Shown: positions 1 to 12,400 of the stretch, in pieces
Layout of the letters: each line of letters opens with the position of its first letter
Numbering within the stretch: position 1 is the first letter of the stretch
The notes under the pieces: generated by a model
Databases searched by the model: none
What the model saw: the letters and a program-made list of their open reading frames with translations, nothing else
What the model was told of the DNA's origin: nothing
DNA from: Candidatus Omnitrophota bacterium
GTDB taxonomy: Bacteria > Omnitrophota > Gorgyraeia > Zapsychrales > JANLHA01
DNA: 64,000 bases
Assembly: GCA_031423615.1 (NCBI GenBank)
Contig: JANPFV010000055.1
Coordinates: 474 to 64,473 of the forward strand
Direction of reading: 5' to 3'
Translations under genes and position numbers: made by a program

Positions 1-1
1 A

Positions 2-480
2 TATCAATTCCAGATAGCAAGAATCAAGTTATTTGAAAGCAAGTTTGGGCAAACTCCGCTGGGTGAAAGGGTCAATAGTATTGTTGAGTTCTCCGACCTG
101 CAAAATTATATCGCCGCCGATCAGCCTTATAACGCCGTACGCTTGGTCTTGGCTATTATGTCTCAGGAATCGTCGTTTAAATCTACGGCAATCAGCGGAA
201 GTGATAATGCCGACAAAGATATCGAGAAGAGAGCGCGGGGCTTGATGCAAGTTATGCCTGCGCACCCATATGCCAAAGGGATGGATTTATTTGATCCATG
301 GACCAATATTACGATCGGCGTCAGAATATTAGCGGATGCTTTACGGGATGCTAAAGGAAATGTTATTCAAGCCTTAAAATTTTATTTTGGCGGAACCGAT
401 GTGAGAAAACACGGTCACCGAACAGCCGCTTATCCCGGCGACGTTTTGGTAAAATATGCCCAACTCGACAAAATTCCGAG
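2..480 (+). other. SLT-type lytic transglycosylase (GH23-like) domain, running off the 5' edge of the window
   Basis: The motifs are 'LAIMSQESSF' (catalytic Glu-Ser), 'ARGLMQVMP' and 'ALKFYFGG', in the order typical of soluble lytic transglycosylase domains. Confidence 0.7.
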
Positions 481-3400
481 TAAAGCATTGCCGTTTGTTC
501 CTATGGTCCGTGCCGCCGTGGGCGTTAAAGACGAAAATGCGGAAATGTTAAAAGTCGCAGCACAGACGACCGGCCAAAGCGATGTTTCCGCCGCAACCGC
601 GATTTATGCGCCCAAGCCGGTGCAACCTCAAGCCCCGCAAGAAAAGCCGCAAGACGAGGAAATGGACATGGCGGCCCACCGTTTCCGTTCCCACAGCTTG
701 CAATTGACCAACGGCAAATCCTTGCTCAGCTATTTTCCGGCGGAAGCCAAGGCGAATTTGGACGCGGTCCTGGCCTTGATCGAAAATGAAGATGCCCGTT
801 TTGAGCGTAATATTTTATCCGCCCGCATCAAAGACCTGGAAACCGAGAACCAGATCATCGAGTCGCAAAAGCAATTGGAAGAACATAAAGACACTTTGCA
901 GAAAACGGAATTTGAAAAACAATTGGCTGAAGCCGTGCAAGCGCATGGAGAGGCTGTGGCGCAACGCGATTATATCGTTCCTTTGATGACCATGATTTTG
1001 GATGTGCGCGCCGCGACCCGCAGTGGCGGCGAAGAAAACGCTTTGCGCAAAGCCTTGCGCGATTTCTATGCCGCTCACAATGCGGTCAACGACAATAGCG
1101 CGGAAAAAATCGAATCTGCCTTACGCGCTTCCATTTTCTACCATCAATATGTCGACGGCGCGCGCGACCAGCTTCTTGACAAATTAAGCGCTATGATCGC
1201 CGAATTAAAGAACAGTGCCGCCGTGAAGGTGGAACCTTTAGTCATCGCCGCTTTAGAAAAATTACGCGCCTGGCAAATCGCAAATCCGCAGGAAGTTTTG
1301 ACCTATACCCAATTTATTAATCTTCTCGGCGAAAATACGGTCAGTGAACGCGTCATGGTCGGTTTAGTCCAGCGCGATATTTCCGCCATTGAACTGATTG
1401 TTAAAAACATCCGCAAGAATTTGGGTGCCGAAGAAGAACCGGCCTTGATGATTTTTGGAGTGGAACGTTATTCATTGAACAATTGGATCAATGTCCAGTT
1501 CCCGCATATCAAGGAATATGACTATGATCTTAAGCAAACCAATCTTTATAAAAATTTGGCTGAAGAATTAAATCAATTCTACCGCGCCGGTACGTTGCGT
1601 GCGGATTTTGGTACGGTTCATGGGACAAAGGAAGACCTTAAGGCCGCCGCTGACAAGATCGCCGGCGTGAAAGTTTCCGAGGAAGATTCTAAGAAATCCA
1701 AGAAAGCCGGGGCTACCGCCAGTGTCGGCGTGACCATTGATACGCACGGCAATTTCTTCTTCGGCCTTAAGGCTAAGGGAACAGCCAAGGAATTTATCAA
1801 TCGCAATGAGGCGACTAAGTTCACGCGGGAACAATTTATCGATACTCTGGGAACCGCCCAAAAAGCTTATAGCGAAGCTGTCCAGAACGCCACGCCATTA
1901 ATGGAAGCGGCAATGAGAGTCATTCGATTGAAAGAAGAGATTGCGGCTTTGCGGGCCAAGAGCGATAAGACCATGAAAGACGCGGCGGATATAACCGATC
2001 TCGAGAGAAAATTAAATCAAGAGCAAGGTAATCTGGGCCGTTTGATGGGATACGAAGTCTTTGGATTTACTTTCGATATGAGTTTGCAAAATCTGGAGAC
2101 ATTCTTTGAAGAAGAAATTTTAGGCCGTCTGGAAGCCGCGGCCATAAAGGTCCTTGCAGCTAAATTGGCCGGCATGGGCGGTTTGCGTATGACGTACGAT
2201 GTCGACTGGTTAAGCCGTATCTTTATTTACTTATCCGTCGGCACCCATGTGCAGGACAAACAGAGTTCCATGCCTTTCTTGTTGACCCTTAAAGCTATCT
2301 TGCATGATCCTTCCGAAAGCTTAAAGAAAGAAATCAATAACCGGAAAATAAAGGCCGCTTTAAACGAAGTCGAAAAAATCAAAGAGCAAATCCGCAACCT
2401 TATTCCCACGACGGAAAACAATATTTGGATGCGTCTGGTTTATCAGCATGCGCTTAAGATCATGTCGGCTTATTCCATGGATCAAATTGAGAATATTCCT
2501 GCCGAGACCGAGACCAAGGCTGCTAAGTCGGATGACAAATCCGACAAAGAGCCCAAGAAATATTCAGATGCCGAAGGTGTGGATTTGACTTCGGTTTCTT
2601 CCCAACCTAAAAAGATAACGGCCGAAGCGGCGCAAACAGCTTTGAACCAAATTGGCAAAATGACCTTGGACAAAGTCATTGAATTCGCTTCGAGAATTCC
2701 GGAAAAACGATCTGAGGAATTCGGAAATAGCGAGCATACTCTGTTACGTACACCGGAAGTGATCCGCGCCGTTTCCGAAGGTATTTTGCACAATACCGCA
2801 ACCGACAAAAAAGCTTTCGAAAAAATGTGGATTCCCGCTTTCGCCATGCTCATGGAATACGGCGTGTGGCCGCAAGACATGACCACAGCCGGTGTCTTAG
2901 CCCAGATGCGAACGACCTTGCTCGCCAATGGTGCGACACAAGAATTTGTCGACGAAAGAATGACCCAACTCGCCGATATGCGCCGCGATTACATTACCCG
3001 CGTTTTAGTCGCTAAACTGGCGTCCCGCGGTTATTTAATGGAATTGCCCAAACTTTCCGACGAGGACAAGAAGAAAATGGAAGCATTAGACAATAGCATT
3101 GCTCAAATTCTCGCCAGCGAACCGGATGATTTTAAGGGTTCGGTCAAGGTCACCGACAAAAATGTCAAGGACCTCACCGCAAAACTATTACAGTTGAAGG
3201 CTTTCTTGGCCACCGATGACGCTGACATTATCCAGAGAGTGAAAGCGGAACAGGAAAAGTCCCAGCCTCAAGAGCAGAACTTACAGGCTGTTTTAGAAAA
3301 CATTACGCAACGCATGGAGCAGTTTACCGCGGATATTATTAATCTTTCTATGAATGAGCTAAGCCCTCCCGCTGAATTGGTTGAGGCCATGGAAAAAGCG

Positions 3401-6400
3401 CGCAGGATCACGCGGGTGTTGAGGAAGTTCTACATTGATCAAGGTAAAGCGGCTGTGCAGGCTTTGCAGAAGGCGGAAGATCTTTATTCCAAATTTGTCC
3501 TCTTGCCTACGGCTTTAAAATCCAAGCTGGCGAAAGAAAAACCGGCCGCAACACCTGAGGCTCAGCCGGTTGATTTGATCCGTAATTTTGAGCCTGGCAG
3601 GGAATATTTGGAAAACCATAAGATTTATATGACGACCAAACAGTATGAAGCCTTCTTTATGAGATTCAATATGCTCCGGTTAATTGAGAGCGGGGATTAT
3701 GCAACACTTTTGGCTGACATCCGGCAACCTGTCCTTGACCTTGCTACCCCGGCGATCGAAGGCACATTGCGGAAAATTGCGGAAGAGAAATACGGGCGAT
3801 GGCTGGAAGCGGAAAGGAACGCTCGTAGTATCGAAGAGCTGGAAGCCGAATTGCAAAAAATGGCCGGGAAAGGGACCACTCTGGATTTTGCTATGCGCCT
3901 TTTGACCTTAAAGTTTGTTTGGAAAACCGCGGCGGAAAAATCCAAAGCCTATGCCGAATATCAGGAAATCCTGCAATTAATGGGTGCTCAAAGAGAAGCC
4001 TTGGTCTATCATCAGTTTTATCTTGAAATTTTACGTACCGCTTATTTTAATCCGACCCACCTTGCAAAAGAACACCGCGCCCTTCTCAATGGAATCGCAA
4101 AACAAGATCTGGAAGCGGCCTTCAAATATTATTTACTCAAGGCCCAGACTTTACAAAGCGAGATCGTCCTTAGGACCATCAGAGCGCAAGAAAGATATGT
4201 AGCTTTCATCGCTGAAGACAATCAGGAAAGTGCATTTACTTTTAGCACCAATTTGTTGACTATGATCATTTTGAATCTCTTGCCGTTTATCCGCTCGGCG
4301 GTTAGCAGTATCGGCGAAGATAATTTCCGGGAGCAAGTCCAGCGCTTCCAGACAACCTTTAACACCTTGACCACATCGGAAACCGCCCGCGCCGCTTTGG
4401 CCCGCAATGCCGAAAACAAGCCTAAAGATGCCGCCCACGTTCTTAAGAATGGCAATGGCCAGAATGGTATAGAAAGCATTCAGAAATATGTCCATGCCAA
4501 TGGACAATCAATTATGCAGGATGTGCAATACGGTGACGGCCGCCGTGTCATCAGTGTGTCGCCTTTGGACGATCCCACGCAGGAACGTTCTAATCAAAAA
4601 CTTTACAGTGTAGAAACTCCCAACATGTCCTATTCGGTGGAATTGAGTTCTTCCCGTCCCATCGATTTATTAGGCAAAACCAACGGGGCCTCGGATCAGC
4701 AGGAAATCCGTATCAACACCCGCACCTGGATCCCGCTTGAAAAATTCAAGGGACGCGTGAATGTTGACTACGGCATGATTTTAGCCAATTCGTCCCGTCA
4801 CGAAATCACGTCGCAGTATCTCGACATTCAATATCAAAAACCGACCGAAACGACGGAAAACGGGCAAATCACCGGCTTAGACTTTAAGCCGGGGGTCAAA
4901 ATCTCCCTCGGGAAAGACGGTATGAATGAAGTTGTACCTTACATCAGTTACAGCAAAACCGTCCGTGATGCGGACAAGAAAAAGACCCTAAGCTCCCTAA
5001 ATATGACCGGCGGCATATCCTTGTCCGGCAACGGTGGGGCCAGCTTCTTCTTTGCCGGCGATCGTTTATTTACCTTAGGCGACAACGGCACGGCGCATAT
5101 TTCCGTCGGCATGCAGAATGAGAAAATAAATCTTTCCTATGGCCAAAAGAGCGGTTTGTGGGAATTAAACGGGGCCTTGGCTTTAGACGGCGGAAAGATT
5201 TTCCTTAACGCGGAAGCCTTAAAGAAAATCAGCCAGCAATATTCCGTCGGTGCCGGGATCAAACTTCAAGACGGTGCGGTCGCTCCGTTTATCAAGGTTG
5301 TTAAGCAGGGCGCTTTGGCGCAAATTTTCTCGGTTACGGCCGGAATAGCCAATGGCAAACCGGCGGTTCATCTTGCCATGCAAGCTTCGCGCGGCAAAGA
5401 CACCGAAATCCATGGCGCATTCAGTTTCGATCATAATTCCATGAATGCGTCGGTTACCGAAACCCGCTTTATGGACAGAAATACCCAACAGACCCGCGGT
5501 GTTGAATATTCCCGCGAGACCGGCGCATCGATCTTCATGAGACGGCTGACATCGCAATATGAGGCCAACGTGAAATTATCCAAAGAAGGATTAAGTTTGG
5601 GATATGAACGTAATATTTTAGGCAGCCGAGAAGTGACACAAGGTGGCCAGCGCCTGAGCAATGGTCTTGAGATACCTCTGGCCGGTAACATTCTTTTTGA
5701 ACAAACTCAATATGCGGATGTGATCAATCAATGGAGCCAAGCCTTGGCCAAGGCGACCTCGAATAAGACCCAAACCGCCATGCCTAATCTCAAGGCTTTA
5801 ATTAAAGATATTGATGAGGATGCCGAATATTTATTCTTAAGCGTATTGCCGTATCTGGGTAATGAAAATAAAGCCATTGCTATACTTCAAGATTTGGGTA
5901 AGATTGCGCAATTGCCGGCGTTTCGCGAATATGTTTTGGGTAAATTGTCCGACGGAAGTGCAATTCCGGACAAACTTCCGGTCAAGGGTAATCCTTTGGT
6001 CTTTTGGGAATTGGTTTACTGGAGAGAAAAATATCTCGCCGCCGGAGGCGACCAGAACGCTCTGGATGCCATGGAACAACAGTTAGAAATCTTAAACCGC
6101 TTTAAAGATGAGGTTTCGGCACTGGTCGAGGAGTCATTTAATCCTATCAAGCCGGTCCATGTGAAGCTGGTCCGCCTCTTTGCCGGAATGGTCAAACCGG
6201 GAATGTCCGTCGACAGACTGGAAGATATTTTAAGCCATATGATCGGCATGTATGGAGATTTGCGCGGCGCCAGAGGCAGCGGCCGCACGCCACTTTTGCC
6301 CAAACTGGCTTTCAGCATAGATTCTATTTCCGACGATATGAATCTTCTGAAAATGTGGATGGAGAAAACCACGGAATTAAAACAGGAAGGTATTGTCGAT

Positions 6401-9400
6401 ACGGGCCTGGTCTTCTCTTATGCCGCGGATCTTTTAAAGGCCAAAGATTTGAGCCAGGGTCATACGGCGCCGCGCGGTCCGCCGACGCCGTCGGAAATGC
6501 AGGATGTCCTCGCCCTTGCTGTCCGCCTTTACCGCACCGATCGTCCCAATGACTTTGATGTTAAAAAATTCGCCTATCTCTATTACACCGTTCTTCCTTC
6601 TTTGACGGCTTCGGTTGAAGTGAAGAACAATCAGAATTTACTTTTCCATCTCGCGGTAGATTTGACCAAACGTCCCTACATCGTCGCTGAAAAGATCCAG
6701 CAAGCCTTGGTCAATGTTTTGGCGGACCAGCGGTTTAATGCTCTCTTGGCCCACGAAAGCAAGCCGGATGAACTGATCGCCGCGTTTGTGGATTTGGCTT
6801 ACCGTCATAACGATGCGGTCAACCATATCAATGACATCCTCGAGATGAAGGTTTATTTCGAATCGTTATTGGCCAAGGACAAAAAGATCGACTTGGTCAG
6901 CGCCTTACCCTACCTCTATTATTGGGCCCGCGTGAAAGAAATTTTTGCCAAAGAAAATGTGGACATTAAAGAACTGTTCAATAAATTCCCGATCGGCCAG
7001 TTAAATGAGAAACCTTACTTATTGACCTGGGACATCCTCAAGCAATATCATCGTCGCACCCTTTCCGTGTCCAAGGAAAAGACCGCGGAAATCCAGAATG
7101 TGAGAGAATTTTTGGCCGCGCAAGGTTTACCCATCGGCACGATTGACGTTCTGACTATTGAACCGGGCACCCAGCCGTTTGTCGCGTCGGCGTTGAATAA
7201 AGACACGATCATTATCAACCGTCGTCTTGTCACCGGCACTCCGGAACAAGTTTACGCGGCGGTCAAAGATTTGTACGAAAAAACCAATGATCAAGACATC
7301 CGCAATCATGTAGCACCTTTATTGAAAATGTCCCGGGAAGAAATTTTCCGTACGATCTTGATCCACGAAGCGGCCACGCTCGTGGGCCTTGATCACGATA
7401 AAAATGTCAAATTACAAAATGATTATGAACAATGGCTGAAGAACAAACCCGCTCCTCAGGTAAAGAGCGTTAGAGAACTTCTTTCCGTCGCGTCGGTTGC
7501 GACCAGCCCTGCGATGTCCGTCGCCCAGAACGATGCTCATTATGAACAAAGAGATTTTGGATTTACCGGCAATGATATCCAGGCGCTCGCCGCTTTGGCC
7601 ATGAAACCGGCGTCTGCCACCGCGGCCGCTGAACCCCCGGTTTTCAAGGCAGGAAGTCTAGAGGACCAACTGATCCATGAAGCTTCCTTCCTCGAGCTGT
7701 TTAATGTCAGGAGTTTTGACGAATGGAACGCTACGTTTAGAAACAATGTTCCCGCCCAGGATTTTGTGAGCTGGACAGCTTACAGCGTTTTGAAACTTCT
7801 TAAAGCTGATGTAGCTACTTATATTACTGCTTTGGATGAAGTCAAGAGACTCAATGCGCGTCTGTATGGATCTGCGGAAGGAGAGGCGTTTAAAATTCTT
7901 TACAATGGTTTAAGTCCGGTCAGCAAACTCAGCTGGCAGAATGAAGAGCTGATGATCCAATATTTTGGCATTGTCGGTGATAATGACGCCACTTTAGGCG
8001 GCGTGGAAAGATATCTCGGATTGAAAACCGGATGGGTTTATACCGGCCTCGATAGTTTTGTTTCTTCTCTTATTAAGCCTGTGGAATTACATCGGCAAAT
8101 TGTGGCAAACCCAGAAGCCATGGAAGCTGTTCGTTTGATTTGGAACCAAATCGGACTTATTTCTGCGGCTAATATCAGTGATTATTACCGTACTCTGCTC
8201 TTTTTTGTAACCGGGGACACTGAGCAGTATACAAACGCGGCGGACAGTGCAGATACCTTTGTTCATGCGGCGCGTTATTTGACCGCCTTACGCGCAACGG
8301 CAGGGGCCATTTATTCTTTAAATACTTTTGCCGGTATTGCGCTTAATCCTGCGGGGGATTTGACACCGGATCAGAGAAAAGCCTTGTTTGGCACTTTACG
8401 CGATAAGGACGGGAATAAAACCGGGGCGTATAAGGATGCAACGGCAACGGCTGAGGCTTTAGTTGCTTTATTGAATTACCGCAATGCCTTAATGCAAGAG
8501 CCGAAGGCCGATGACGATAAGAGCGCGGTAGAGATATTGAATCTTTTGACGGGAATCAATTTTGCCAAGACCGAAAAGTATACGGCTGCCGAGTTAGACG
8601 AGTTGTTTACAACCTTGTTTAACGATCCCAAGGACACGACGAAGAAAGAGCATACGGTTGCCTACGATGAACCGGGCAAAGCGGCCAAGACCTTGGTTAA
8701 GTTGTGGAATTACCGTTACGCTTTAATGCAAGAGCCGAAGGCCGATGACGATAAGAGCGCGGTAGAGATATTGAATCTTTTGACGGGAATCAACTTTGCC
8801 AAGACCGAAAAGTATACGGCTGCCGAGTTAGACGAGTTATTTACAACCTTGTTTAACGATCCAAAGGACACGACGAAGAAAGAGCAAACGGTTGCCTACG
8901 ATGAACCGGGCAAAGCAGCAAAGACCTTGGTTAAGTTGTGGAATTACCGCAATGCTTTAATGCAGGCGAAAAAGGCCGATGACGGCAAGAGCGCGGTCGA
9001 GATATTAAATCTTTTGACAGGAAAAAACTTTGCCAAGGAAAAGTATTCAGCCGAAGAGTTGGAGGGTCTGTTTGAGACCTTGTTTAACGATCCTAATGAC
9101 AAGAAGAAGACCGATCCACATACCGATGCCTACAACGATCCGGCGGAAGCAGCCAAGACCTTGGTTAAGTTGTGGAATTACCGCAATGCTTTAATGCAGG
9201 CGAAAAAGGCCGATGACGGCAAGAGCGCGGTCGAGATATTAAATCTTTTGACGGGAATCAACTTTGCCAAGACCGAGAAGTATACGGCTGCCGAGTTAGA
9301 TGAGTTGTTTACAACCTTGTTTAACGATCCAAAGGACACGACGAAGAAGGAACATACAGTCGCCTACGATGATCCTAAAAAAGCCGCTGAAAGCTTGGTC

Positions 9401-12400
9401 ATGGTCTATAACTTCATCCTTCTTTTGCGCGTCAATCCGCAAGCTCTTAAAGCTTTTGAAATTATTTTTGGTATCGCGATTCCTCTTTCCGGTGATTTAC
9501 GATTTGGAAAAGATAAAGAGGAACAAAAAGAACAATTGGAATTTCTTTTTAGCCTTTTCTATAAGGAGGGGGTCACTAAGGATGAGGTCACTTTAAGTAA
9601 ATTAGGCTCTGATCCGGCCGGCGCTATCGCTGATTTGGCCGGTGTCGCCGTAATCATCAGCGCTTTACAGAAGAATGAAATTAAGAAAGACCTTTTTGTG
9701 GCCTGGACCGCTGGCAAGCCCTTTGATTTGAATGGACGATCTTTGCCCGCGACGATTAATCTTGGTAAAGAGTCATTAAAAGAATTAGGAAAAGACTCCA
9801 TGCAGCGTCTGGCCGATGCGCTCTTTGCTCTGTCGTACTATATCAATCATTTCCTCAAGGAAACAAAAGCCGCGGGCATGAATGTTGAAGAATTCAATTA
9901 TGTTTATGGTTTACATTCTTTATCGCCGAGCTTTACTTTAGGATTGAATGATACGGATGTGGCGGCGGCGATCTTCTCGATTGTCAGCGGGTATAACGGA
10001 GACTTTGCACAGCAATTCACCGGACGGGAACCGGCCATCTATGTCCGCTTGTTGACCAAGGTCCGCGATGTCATGGTCTTAATCCGTACCCGTCCCGATC
10101 TGGTTTTAGCACTTAATAAATTCCATCATCTGGGTATTCCGATGGGCGGGACGTTTAATTTCAATCCTAACAATCCTCAGCGTTTGGATCTGGCCCGCAT
10201 CGGAAACTTCCTTTTTGGACGTGTGGCGCTGGCCATGATCGATGTCGAAGGGTTTGGCGGGTCCATTCAAGCCTTCTGGCGCTTGCAAAATTCCAAGCAA
10301 GACATGTTTATAAATGTTCCGCTTCCGTCGGAAAAGATTTACCAAGATGCCGATGCCTACGCGGCCATGATGATCAAATTGGACCAAACCTGGTCGGATG
10401 TCGAAGCCCGCTTGGGTCATCCGGTGGCTGTCGATCCGGAAAGTGTCATCCAGTATCAGAAGAGCGCCGGCAAGGTCCTTATTACCATTGCACCGGAAGT
10501 TACATTTAAGACTAAGTTCATCAACCCCATGAGTGTGGCGCAATACACCATCACCTATGTCGCCGAGGGAGCGAGCTTAAAAGAAGTGGAAGACCGCCAC
10601 ACGCGCGAAGCGGACGCGATTGTTGACGCGACTCAGATTGTCAGTATCGCCGAACGCGGGAAGATGGATGAGTATAAGAAAGAAGTGCAACAGACCATCC
10701 ATTTCTATCATGAGAACGGCGAAGAATTTTATTCTTCTCTGCAGACTTTTGACGCAACGCCGACGGGCGGAACATTGAAGAGTGAAAGAAAAGAAGACAA
10801 AGAACACGGTTATGCCATGGTTACCGAGTTTAATTACGCGGAAAATCGTCCGTGGCGCGTTCCCGGACCGCGTCATATTCCCATCTATGTGGCGGATACG
10901 GCCAAGACCTTTATTGAAGCCTCCGGGAAACGTATTTTATATGCCCAGACCGATACTTTAAGCATTTCCGAAGGAACACGCGAAATTCAACAGCACGTCA
11001 CGTTCTTTTCGCCGGACGGTAAAAAGTCCAATGAAGGTTATAGCACCATGGGACTTTATGCCGCTAATACCTTGGAAGAACGTCAGGGTGTTCTTGAAAA
11101 CGGCGTTTTTGATCTGGACCGCATTATCAAATTCCAGTACAAGAGTGCCTTTGCGGAAGCCCTGCGGAGAATTTCTTTGGGGACCACCTATGATTGGCGT
11201 GGCGAGAAATTGTCCGAATCCGAATTATTGGAACATCACGGTCCGCGCTTGAAGGTCAAAATCACCGACTTAGTCAACAATGTCCGCCAGATCAATGTTG
11301 TGGACTCTTTCAACAAAATTTATACCAGCGAAAAATATATTGACGTCGGTTCGCAGTCCTTCCAGATTTTGCATAACTATAGCAGTTATGGCCGTCCCTT
11401 CCGGGTCACGGAAAATCATTTTGACGATCCGATTTTAGCCGCTTATGGCGCTCCTCAGATCGGGGAAACAATCGACGTTCACACCGGCTTAAAGGTCACC
11501 GAATCCCGCGCCTTAGGATTTAATTCGGAAGGCGGTATCACCTTCCTTCAGCGCCAGCTTATTTCCGATGTGGCCCGCATTTATTTCGATGACGGTCAAG
11601 GCCGCCACAAATTTATCTTTGCGGGCAAGGATGTGCATGCCGACATTGTGACCTATGACGGAATTAATAACGTCCAAAGGATTTCAGCTGACAGCGTTGC
11701 GGAGCTCAAGTACCAGGATAAATTCTATCGCGCCCGCAATATTTCCAGCGATGGGACCCGTTATGCTTGGAGCAATGATATGCAAAAGGCTGGAAACGTC
11801 ATCGACGAAAGCCATCCGACCAGCGTCAAAAACGGTGTGCTGGTCAACCGCATTTACAATCCCAACACCAATCTGGAGATTTTTGCGAGTATTAATCTTT
11901 CCCTCGACTTAGTCCAGCATTTGCGTGCGGAAAGCGGCGATAATTTTGAAGAAACCGCCATTATTTATACAACCTTGGATATTGAAAAACAGCGTGTGAC
12001 TTCCAACTCTTTAGGCGACCTTGTCGTCGTTTCTCAGACGCTTGACCATCAGGGCCGGCCGGTGGATGAAAAAGGCAAACGGCTTTATAAATACACCTTG
12101 GCCGAACGCGAAATGAAAGGCACCGGTCTTAAATATAAGGTCAAGGTCCAGGTCTGGAATGGCCGGGATTCTTCGGTCAAGGTCGCGACCGCCGCAGGCA
12201 CCGAAGAAACGACATATGAATTTAATGATGTTGAAAATATCAAAGAGGGTGTGACAAAAGACCAAGCGGGCCGTGTCGTTATCATCACGACGCCGGAACT
12301 CGACGAGAACGGGAAATTTACCCAGCCTTATCTTAGCCAAAGGACCGCCAAGGCCGTTCAATACAATCCCAACACCGGAGAAACCCGCGAGATCATCACA

